From Synechocystis sp. PCC 6803 substr. PCC-P (lineage in GTDB: Bacteria; Cyanobacteriota; Cyanobacteriia; Cyanobacteriales; Microcystaceae), in the NCBI RefSeq assembly GCF_000284455.1, contig NC_017039.1, positions 660,001 to 692,000 on the forward strand: DNA of 32,000 nucleotides, written 5' to 3'. Below are positions 24,662-32,000 of this stretch, in pieces; the first letter of the stretch is position 1; each line of letters opens with the position of its first letter. The notes beneath the pieces were generated by a model that had not been told where the DNA came from, searched no databases, and saw only the letters and a list, made by a program, of their open reading frames with translations. The position numbers and the translations under genes are program-made.

Positions 24662-27436
24662 TTAGCGTTGGGCAGATTCTGCCAAAAATTGATCGATGGT
24701 GCTTAACAATTGATTGGGTTGGAATGGTTTGGTGAGGTAACCATCAGCCCCAAGAGCTTTGGCCCGATTGCGATGGAGGGGATTTTCCCTAGAGGTGAGC
24801 ATCACTACCGTTAAGCTATGCCAAACTCGGTGAGCCCGCACCAGTTGCAGCAGACTAAACCCATCCATATTGGGCATTTCAATGTCACACAGAGCTAAAT
24901 CAATGCCTTGGTTTTGCCGGTTGAGTAAATCCCAAGCTTCTTTGCCGTCCCGACATTGGATGAGGCGGAAACTGCCTCCCAGCACCCGTTGTAAAGTTCG
25001 CCGCACTGTGACGGAATCGTCAATAACCAGGATTGTGGTCTGACCACCAGCGGATCCCGCCGCATCCTGGGGCAAGGTAGGCTCAGTACGCCAAAGCACA
25101 GCAAAATTGTTGGGAATTAATACGGGCACCACTTCTCCAGTACCCAAAACGGTACAGCCCGCCACATAGGAAGGAATGGGGGTAATGGCGTCCAGAGCTT
25201 TGACCACCAAGGTCCGTTCATCGACAATTTGCTCCACTGTCAACAATGCCGAGCGATCGCCAAGGTTAACCATCAGTCCGACTTTATGGGGTAAACCGGG
25301 GGAAGGACTAAAACCCTGGGGATAAATTTGGGGCAACACTTCATCCAGAGGGCAAGCTTCCATAATTTGGGATTGCCATTCCACCCGACCATTTTTAATC
25401 GGGTAATCGTCCAGGGGCAAAATTCGCAACACACTTTCGGAAGGAAACGCCAGTAACCGTTGCTGATAGCGCACCAGCAGTAGGGGCACAATATTCAAAC
25501 TTAGGGGAATACGGATCAGAAAACGACTGCCTTGGCCCAATTTGGTTTCCACCGTCAAGGTACCCCGCAGGGATTCAATCATTTGCTTGACAATGTCCAG
25601 TCCTAATCCCCGCCCGGACAGATTGCTCACTTCCGCTGCGGTGGAAAATCCCGGCTGAAAAAGAAAATCCAACATTTGAGCTTCCCCGATGGTGCCCAAC
25701 TGCTCTGGGGTTAGCCAACCCAATTCCATTGCTTTGCGGCTAATTTTTTCTGGGTCAATGCCCCGACCGTCGTCACTTACTGTAATTAAAACTTGGTTAT
25801 TGGCCGTGCTAGCGCTGAGGGTAATGGTCCCTTCGGGAAGTTTGCCCTGGGCTTGGCGTTCTGGCACAAATTCCAAACCGTGGTCAAAGGCGTTGCGAAT
25901 TAAATGGGTTAGGGGGGTGCGTAACTGGTCCAAAATGGCCACTTCGACTAGGGTGTTTTCCCCTTCAATGACAAACTGCACCGGTTTTTTATGGCGATCG
26001 CCTAGCTTTTCCAACGGCTGGGCAAAGGATTGGGCTAGACCCCGAAAGGGCACCAGGCGGGATTGGGTCAATTCACTGTCCAATTGATGGAGGGACTGAC
26101 TCATCTGGATCAGGGTTTCCTGTAAATCCCGTTCCACTAAATCCACGTCTTCCTGGATTTCCTGCACCTGCACCATCAGTTCCTGGAACCTTTGCAGAAT
26201 GCCATGGACAGCAGTGTAACTATCCATTTCCAGGGCATCAAAATCCACCAATCCCGCTATGCCCAAACTGCTTTGACTATCACCGTTTTGGTTACCGCCA
26301 CCGTTACTTGGACTGATCTTGGTTTGGTCGCTGAAAGAAAGTTCATCGTAGAGGGATTCCACTTGCTCCCGCATGGGGATTAACTGTTGCCCCCGCCTTT
26401 TTAGGTTCCGACTAGCTTGCCGTAGCTGTTTGTCATATTCCAACAACCTTTCCTGGTTAATTAGCAATTCACTAACTGTATTACTTAATTTATTCAGGCG
26501 ATCGAGGGGAATCCGTAAAGTCTGCCTGGTGCTGGGGGCAGGGGAAGCTTTGGCGGTCACGACAGCGGGAATTGGAACGCCGGGGACGGGGGGCGCAATT
26601 ACTGCCGTTACTGGCTTAACCTCTGGTAATGGTTCGGGATCCGGTTCCGCAACAATTTCCGGCGCTGGGGGGGTCAACTCGCCCGCTAAAAACTGCTCCC
26701 TTAAAGATCTCAATTCGGCGATCGCCGTGGGTAAAAGGGTGAGCAAATCCACCTGGGGCCGCACCAATTCTCCCCGCCAACGGTTCCCGGCCTCCTCCAA
26801 CCAATCACAACTAAGAGCTTGGCCTAACAGGGTACATTCCTCTAGCAAAAGACTAAAACTTTCCCGTAGCTCCGTGGCAGTCCCTCCCCGTTCCAGTCGC
26901 CGTTCTACCCGCTCTAAACAAGCTTCTAGCTCCACAGTTAAGGAAGTACGCACAAATTGGGACACATCTCCTGCGATCGCCTCCTCTTGGGAAGGTTGAG
27001 GTTGACATGTTTCTAAAAACTCCCCCAGGGCCAGGGCAAGTTCCGGCGGCTCATCCGTGTCCTGTAAACGACCACTGTTGGCCAACTCCACCATGGCCTG
27101 GGTTTCCTCGATGGTCATGGCAATCAAACCCACTGCCATGGATTTATCTTCCACCCTTCCCTGTTCTAGAGCCTCAAATAAATCCTCCAACCGGTGACAG
27201 AGGGTCTGCAGAGGGGTTAAAGCCGACATTCCCGCTCCCCCCTTGAGGGAATGGGCCGCCCGTCCCATATCCTGAATCAGCTTTTGCCGTTGTTGGGAAT
27301 CCCCAGCGGGGCCTAACACCCGTTCCAAGGACTGGAAACCCACTGTCAACTGTGCTAGACATTCCGGCGCGTCTTCCTCCAAAAAGGCCTGACGGGCTTC
27401 GGCGGTAATGGCGGCGAGGGTGGCGGCATCAAACAT
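24662..27436 (-). CDS. CheA-like hybrid histidine kinase (Hpt - HATPase - CheW-like - receiver)
   Basis: RAAHSLKGGAGMSAL (Hpt), HLIRNAFDHGLEFV and DDGRGIDPEKI / GRGLGLDIVKQMI (HATPase), FPSESVLRILPL (CheW-like), TILVIDDSVTVRRTL...LALCDIEMPNMDGFSLL...GYLTKPFQP (receiver). Confidence 0.96.
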   Translation of the reverse strand: MFDAATLAAITAEARQAFLEEDAPECLAQLTVGFQSLERVLGPAGDSQQRQKLIQDMGRAAHSLKGGAGMSALTPLQTLCHRLEDLFEALEQGRVEDKSMAVGLIAMTIEETQAMVELANSGRLQDTDEPPELALALGEFLETCQPQPSQEEAIAGDVSQFVRTSLTVELEACLERVERRLERGGTATELRESFSLLLEECTLLGQALSCDWLEEAGNRWRGELVRPQVDLLTLLPTAIAELRSLREQFLAGELTPPAPEIVAEPDPEPLPEVKPVTAVIAPPVPGVPIPAVVTAKASPAPSTRQTLRIPLDRLNKLSNTVSELLINQERLLEYDKQLRQASRNLKRRGQQLIPMREQVESLYDELSFSDQTKISPSNGGGNQNGDSQSSLGIAGLVDFDALEMDSYTAVHGILQRFQELMVQVQEIQEDVDLVERDLQETLIQMSQSLHQLDSELTQSRLVPFRGLAQSFAQPLEKLGDRHKKPVQFVIEGENTLVEVAILDQLRTPLTHLIRNAFDHGLEFVPERQAQGKLPEGTITLSASTANNQVLITVSDDGRGIDPEKISRKAMELGWLTPEQLGTIGEAQMLDFLFQPGFSTAAEVSNLSGRGLGLDIVKQMIESLRGTLTVETKLGQGSRFLIRIPLSLNIVPLLLVRYQQRLLAFPSESVLRILPLDDYPIKNGRVEWQSQIMEACPLDEVLPQIYPQGFSPSPGLPHKVGLMVNLGDRSALLTVEQIVDERTLVVKALDAITPIPSYVAGCTVLGTGEVVPVLIPNNFAVLWRTEPTLPQDAAGSAGGQTTILVIDDSVTVRRTLQRVLGGSFRLIQCRDGKEAWDLLNRQNQGIDLALCDIEMPNMDGFSLLQLVRAHRVWHSLTVVMLTSRENPLHRNRAKALGADGYLTKPFQPNQLLSTIDQFLAESAQR

Positions 27437-27492
27437 ACGTTGACCAAATTCGGGGTTGGGTGTGTTGACAAGGCATGGAGAAATATTTCCGC

Positions 27493-30354
27493 TTATTCCA
27501 CTTTGAATTTACCGGCGGCGGTTTGCAGATCCACAGCGGTTTTGGCCAGGGATTGCAGGGACTGGGACACCAGTTGGGATTTGTCCGACGTGGCTTTGGC
27601 GACGCTGGCTACGTTTTGTACAGTTTCCGTCACCATTTGAGATGCTAACCGTTGGGATTCCGTGTTGCGGGAGATGGAATCCAGTACAGTGTCAATTTCC
27701 TCACTAATCTGGGCCAGATTTTGCAGGGTTTCCTTGGTTTTTTGTACCAATTGGGTACCGGTGACTACCTCGTTGGTGCTTTCCTCCATCAGTTGGCTCA
27801 TCTGGGAGGTTTCCTCTTGAATACTGAGAATTACCTGCTCAATTTCCTGGGCGGAGAGGGTTACCATTTCCGCCAATCGTCGTACCTCGTCCGCAACGAT
27901 CCGGAAACCCTGACCGTTTTCCCCCGCCCTAGCCGCTTCGATGGAGGCGTTAAAGGCCAATAAGTTGGTTTTTTCGGAAATACCGGAGATAATTCCGACG
28001 ATTTTGGAAATTTCCAAGGAAGATTCCGCCAATCGCTTCGACTTTTTGGAAATTTCTGCCACCCGGCCCCGTACTTTATAAATACTTTCCACCGTTTCGT
28101 CCATGGTGTTTTGCCCCTGTTGGGCCGCTTCGTTGCCCTGTTTGGCGATCGCCGCCGCCGTTTGGGCACTTATAGCTACGGACTCAATGGATTGGGCCAT
28201 TTCTGCTACGGAAGCAGTGGCGAATTCCAGGGCCCGGGCTTGTTCCAGAGCATTGTCAGACAAACTGGTGATTTCTTGGCTATCTTCCTGGGCTTGGCCG
28301 CTCACCTCCGTTGCCGTATCCACCACCTGTTTAACCAGTTTTCTCAACCCCGCCAAAGTGGCATTGAACGCATCGGCGATCGCCCCTACGGCCCCAGCTT
28401 CCACGGAACTACGTACCGTCAAATCCCCCCGGGAAGATTCTTCAATGTCCGTCAACAACCGCACCACCCCGTCTTGGAGTTCTTCTTTTAGTTGCCGTTG
28501 TTTCTCGGCCTCCTGTTGCCGCTCTAGGGACGTTTCCTGTAAAGAACGGGTAGAAGCTTCCACCTGTTCCGCCATGGCGTTGAAGGTGACAGCCAATTGT
28601 CCCACCTCGTCTTTGGATTCCACTTCCGCCCGCACACCGGTTTCCCCTTCTCCTAACTTTTGGGCAGTGGTCTGCAAATTTTTCAGCGGCTTGGTCAAGG
28701 TTTTACCTAACCAATAGGCAATAATCGCCGCCACCAACAGAGCCACTGCCCCCACACCAATTTGCAGCAGAAGAGTTCTTTCTAGGAGGTCATTAAATTC
28801 AACTTCAGAGGTGCCCCGAACAAGCAAAGCGAGGGGTTGGCCTTGAATGTCTTTGATCACTTTAATGGCCACCGTTAAAGGCTCCCCTTCCACGGTAGTT
28901 CTCCCCACTAAGGGCATGTCTGGATTTTCTTGGGCCTTTTTCAGTAACTCTAAATCTGGAAAAGCAACATTCTCATAGACTTTGGTATTCTGACCGCTGC
29001 CAGTTTTTAGGTTGGAGGTAGCTAGTTGAATTTCCCCATTCGGGTCTATGTAATAAACCGCACTGTAGCCCCCATCAAAGTTGTCCACTGTGTTTTTCAC
29101 AATGGCGTCTTTGCCATTAACAATGTCTCCAGCAATTAAGGTACCAATATTCTTTTTGGATTGGGGATCTTGCACCGGGGTGACAGTGTAGCGAATGAGG
29201 GCATTTTCCTGCTCTAAGTTGTCGATGCCTGGGGGTAGTTCCTTTTCCAGTTCTTCTTTGCTGACAATAGTACTAAATTTAATTTGTCCCGGATAACCCA
29301 TCCGCAGAGTCACAAGGTTGCTGGGGTCAAATATTTGTCCGTTCCGTTGGGCATTGGCACTGGCAATAATCCTTTGGTCTTGACCCACCAGGGTGGCGTA
29401 TTCGATATCCCTCGATGCGGTCTCATTTTTTAAAATGTCCCGTACCTGGGCCGCCAAAGGAGCAGGAATAGGTTGCCTTTCGCTGTAGAGTCGAGCCGCT
29501 TGAATAATAGCCAGGTTATCGGATTGACCCCGAAAACCAAAACTCATCTGGTCAATTTTGATGTTGTAGTTGCCCTCGGTGACCACCAACTCCGCCAGAG
29601 TCTGGTTTTTCAGTTGGAATCTACCCGAAGAAATGGCAATCATCATCCCGGTGCCCACCACTGCAACCACAGTTATGGCACTGGAAACCAACAAAGCGGT
29701 GAATTGCTTGGTGGCAATGGGCAAGTTAGCCCAGCGTTTTTGCAATGTTAGGTTAGACCGCTCTTCGTCCAGGGCTAAATCATCGGTGGCGGCGGCGTAT
29801 TTTAAGGTCCCAGTCCAAGCCATGGCCGGGGTAATGCGATTGGGATCCGCTAGTTGGGCCTCAATGCCGGCGATCGCCTGGTCACAGGTGGCATGGAAAA
29901 TCCCCTCCTCATCGTTAATTTTTAAATCTTCGTAGGCTTGGAGAGCATCGGTTAAAAATCCCCCCGCTTCTAGGGCACTGGCGAAACTTATTTGGGCCAC
30001 CAGATCGTCGGGCCTCTCTTGCACCGTCTCCTGGAGCATAAGAATCTCTGGCGGATAGACCTGCTTCTTCTCTTCCTCAGTCAGGGGTTGGGGAATAGCG
30101 GGGATTTCCTCCACCGCTGGTAAATTAGGCTGAATTTCCGCTAAAGCCTTACTGATGGTTTCGCCATAAATGCCGTCACTGTCCAACTCCTGGGCTTGAC
30201 GATAGTATTGGGCCGCTTCCTCCCAAAAACCCTCTTGCTGGAGAGCACCGGCCAGGACGATCTGGGCAAATAGATCATCCGGGGCAGCCATGGCTGCTGC
30301 TTGCAGTTCCAGAATCTCTTGGGAAAATTGGGGTTTAGTGGGGGTGCTAACCAT
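27493..30354 (-). CDS. Methyl-accepting chemotaxis protein (PilJ-like) with TPR-like N-terminal region
   Basis: HAMP ([40 protein letters not shown]) and signalling domain ([41 protein letters not shown]); N-terminus has two TPR-like repeats. Confidence 0.96.
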   Translation of the reverse strand: MVSTPTKPQFSQEILELQAAAMAAPDDLFAQIVLAGALQQEGFWEEAAQYYRQAQELDSDGIYGETISKALAEIQPNLPAVEEIPAIPQPLTEEEKKQVYPPEILMLQETVQERPDDLVAQISFASALEAGGFLTDALQAYEDLKINDEEGIFHATCDQAIAGIEAQLADPNRITPAMAWTGTLKYAAATDDLALDEERSNLTLQKRWANLPIATKQFTALLVSSAITVVAVVGTGMMIAISSGRFQLKNQTLAELVVTEGNYNIKIDQMSFGFRGQSDNLAIIQAARLYSERQPIPAPLAAQVRDILKNETASRDIEYATLVGQDQRIIASANAQRNGQIFDPSNLVTLRMGYPGQIKFSTIVSKEELEKELPPGIDNLEQENALIRYTVTPVQDPQSKKNIGTLIAGDIVNGKDAIVKNTVDNFDGGYSAVYYIDPNGEIQLATSNLKTGSGQNTKVYENVAFPDLELLKKAQENPDMPLVGRTTVEGEPLTVAIKVIKDIQGQPLALLVRGTSEVEFNDLLERTLLLQIGVGAVALLVAAIIAYWLGKTLTKPLKNLQTTAQKLGEGETGVRAEVESKDEVGQLAVTFNAMAEQVEASTRSLQETSLERQQEAEKQRQLKEELQDGVVRLLTDIEESSRGDLTVRSSVEAGAVGAIADAFNATLAGLRKLVKQVVDTATEVSGQAQEDSQEITSLSDNALEQARALEFATASVAEMAQSIESVAISAQTAAAIAKQGNEAAQQGQNTMDETVESIYKVRGRVAEISKKSKRLAESSLEISKIVGIISGISEKTNLLAFNASIEAARAGENGQGFRIVADEVRRLAEMVTLSAQEIEQVILSIQEETSQMSQLMEESTNEVVTGTQLVQKTKETLQNLAQISEEIDTVLDSISRNTESQRLASQMVTETVQNVASVAKATSDKSQLVSQSLQSLAKTAVDLQTAAGKFKVE

Positions 30355-30500
30355 GGCGATTAAAAGTAATTAAAAAACAATTGGGCAATGGGTCGGAACA
30401 GTTTCAGGATTAACGATGAAAATTAAGACTCTGTTAAGGTGAAAAAGTAAGGATTAAGACCAAGATTAAGTTGAGCAAAAACTTTGGGGAGGCCCGATAA

Positions 30501-30968
30501 CTATTTCTCCAATGGGTGAAGCGGTTTAATGGAACCCCCACCCTGGAGCCAGGCAAAAATTCGATCCACATCCAAAATCAGAATGGTTTCCCCGTCTTTG
30601 TTGCCTTCTCCCAATAAAAAGGGCTCCCGCAGTGGCTTAATTTCCTCTGTACTAAAGCTAACAATGCCCTTCAATCCTTCGGCGATCGCCGCCACCTGGG
30701 CAGATTCTCCCACCAGTACCACTGCTTTAGTATTGCTCAAGGTACGGTAATTGAGGGGGTTAGCCGTAGCCGGGGACAATAGGCGGGGCAAATCCATCAC
30801 CCAAAGCAGATTTCCCCGTTGATTGCTCACCCCCAATAACTCCGGTCTTACCCCAGGAATGAGACAAAGGGAACTGAGGGGAAAGGACAACACCTCCCGG
30901 GTTTTAGCTAAAGGAATAGCCACCGTCAGGGGCAGACCCAAATCAATCCAAAAATAGTCCTCTACCAT
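30501..30968 (-). CDS. CheW-like coupling protein
   Basis: VAIPLAKTREVLSFPLSSLCLIPGVRPELLGVSNQRGNLLWVMDLPRLL. Confidence 0.93.
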   Translation of the reverse strand: MVEDYFWIDLGLPLTVAIPLAKTREVLSFPLSSLCLIPGVRPELLGVSNQRGNLLWVMDLPRLLSPATANPLNYRTLSNTKAVVLVGESAQVAAIAEGLKGIVSFSTEEIKPLREPFLLGEGNKDGETILILDVDRIFAWLQGGGSIKPLHPLEK

Positions 30969-31000
30969 AACCTCATCACCGTAGTCAGCATTGGCAAGTT

Positions 31001-31384
31001 CTAGGAAATATAGGGCTTAACGGTTTTCATCAACTCAATGGGGCTATAGGGCTTAATCAAATAAGCATTACCCCCCTGGCGCAGGGCCCAAAAACGGTCG
31101 TAATCCTCATTTTTGGTGGAACAGAAGACAATGGGCACATCTTCTAGGGCCAATTCTCCCCGAATTTTGCGACATAGGTCATAACCACTAATATCCGGCA
31201 TAACGATGTCCAGCATAATTAGGTCAGGCACCGTATTTTTGTTTAACCATTCCAGGGCTTCATCGGCATTGTTACAAATGACAGCCTCTGTGCCCATGGA
31301 CTTTAAAAGCCCCTGAACCAATAACTGGTCAGACTTGGTATCTTCCACAACTAAAACAGTTTTCACTGGTATCCCCCTGGGCAA
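31001..31384 (-). CDS. CheY/PilH-like response regulator
   Basis: KTVLVVEDTKSDQLLVQGLLKSMG...PDLIMLDIVMPDISGYDLCRKIRG...GGNAYLIKPYSP. Confidence 0.95.
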   Translation of the reverse strand: MPRGIPVKTVLVVEDTKSDQLLVQGLLKSMGTEAVICNNADEALEWLNKNTVPDLIMLDIVMPDISGYDLCRKIRGELALEDVPIVFCSTKNEDYDRFWALRQGGNAYLIKPYSPIELMKTVKPYIS

Positions 31385-31472
31385 TTGCTAACGATGATAA
31401 TCATAGGATAGAAGAAGCAAATCAGTAATTAAAACTAACTTATACAAACAACTATCAGTAGTAATTAAGTAA

Positions 31473-32000
31473 TTAAACAGCTGCGGAGATAAAGCTCTGC
31501 ACTGTTTCCACTAATTCCTGGGGCTGGAACGGTTTGCAAATGTAGCCAACGGAGCCGTGCATTTTTGCTTTTACCCGGTCTAAAACTCCACTGCGGCCGG
31601 TCAACATGACAATGGGAATATGCTTGAGGGCTTCGGATTTATTGCAAATACTGCACAGTTGATAGCCGTCGATGTCGGGCATATTGATGTCCATTAAAAT
31701 CAGGGCCGGTTTGGCGTGCATCAAAGTAGTTAGGGCACTAGAGGCTTGTTTGATGTTGATCACCTTAAAACCCGTGGCTTCGAGGGCAAAGCTCACCACC
31801 CGTTGAATGGAAGGACTGTCATCCACACAGGCAATGACCGGGCGGTTATCCTCCTGCTCCGGTTCGTAGGGTCCCATGGTGATGAGACCTAGGCCCACTA
31901 GGGTTTTGAGAATAATGGCCACACTAAGGCTACTGGTGTGCAGAGACTCGGCAATTTCATACACACACATTTCCTGGGCGATTAATTCCGGCAATTTTTG
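31473..32000 (-). CDS. PatA/PixG-like response regulator, C-terminal part (gene continues beyond the window)
   Basis: RPVIACVDDSPSIQRVVSFALEATGFKVINI...PALILMDINMPDIDGYQLC...GSVGYICKPFQPQELV preceded by a PatA-type wHTH-like region; open at the window edge. Confidence 0.9.
   Translation of the reverse strand, partial: QKLPELIAQEMCVYEIAESLHTSSLSVAIILKTLVGLGLITMGPYEPEQEDNRPVIACVDDSPSIQRVVSFALEATGFKVINIKQASSALTTLMHAKPALILMDINMPDIDGYQLCSICNKSEALKHIPIVMLTGRSGVLDRVKAKMHGSVGYICKPFQPQELVETVQSFISAAV

Noticed and set aside
25689-27246. Several plus-strand ORFs opposite the CheA hybrid gene
   Set aside because: Antisense shadows of a gene with complete Hpt/HATPase/receiver signatures.
28103-28717. Plus-strand 204-aa ORF opposite the MCP signalling domain
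   Set aside because: Ser/Ala-rich mirror of the coiled-coil coding sequence.
1-32000. CRISPR array, tRNA or rRNA genes
   Set aside because: Looked for regularly spaced direct repeats and for tRNA-like/rRNA-like conserved stretches by eye; none convincing. A tool run (CRISPRCasFinder, tRNAscan-SE, Infernal) is needed to exclude small RNAs.

Overview
The window looks like a chromosomal segment from a Synechocystis-type cyanobacterium (PCC 6803-like). The basis is gene content and order recalled from that genome (lepB - Uma2 - cydA - cydB; trmB - ackA - dienelactone hydrolase; a Rieske oxygenase/ferredoxin pair next to a CheA-MCP-CheW-CheY-PatA 'Tax2'-like locus) plus abundant HIP1 palindromes (GGCGATCGCC). 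No database was consulted. Most of the window is ordinary core genome. Two accessory insertions stand out, and each sits beside a partial duplicate of the core gene it abuts. (1) A ~2.3 kb, largely AT-rich, apparently HIP1-free insert lies downstream of tyrS (~690-2986). It carries a 117-aa ORF and a 565-aa ORF joined by an ATGA overlap. The 565-aa protein ends in what looks like a winged-helix/helical module of the kind seen in restriction/defence-associated proteins. The insert is bounded by a second, diverged copy of the tyrS 3' end that begins exactly at a HIP1 site. (2) A ~0.7 kb PIN-domain toxin/small-partner module (19792-20470) is bounded by a frameshifted copy of the 5' end of the lipid-A-disaccharide-synthase-like gene. 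Both geometries fit 'intact gene + cassette + truncated copy', as expected from Campbell-type (single-crossover) insertion-duplication. The 874-2921 gene pair is the best candidate for an undescribed, possibly defensive or toxin-type, system, but its function is not established by the sequence. An IS1-family transposase remnant with heptamer repeats (4496-4882) marks a third disturbed site.
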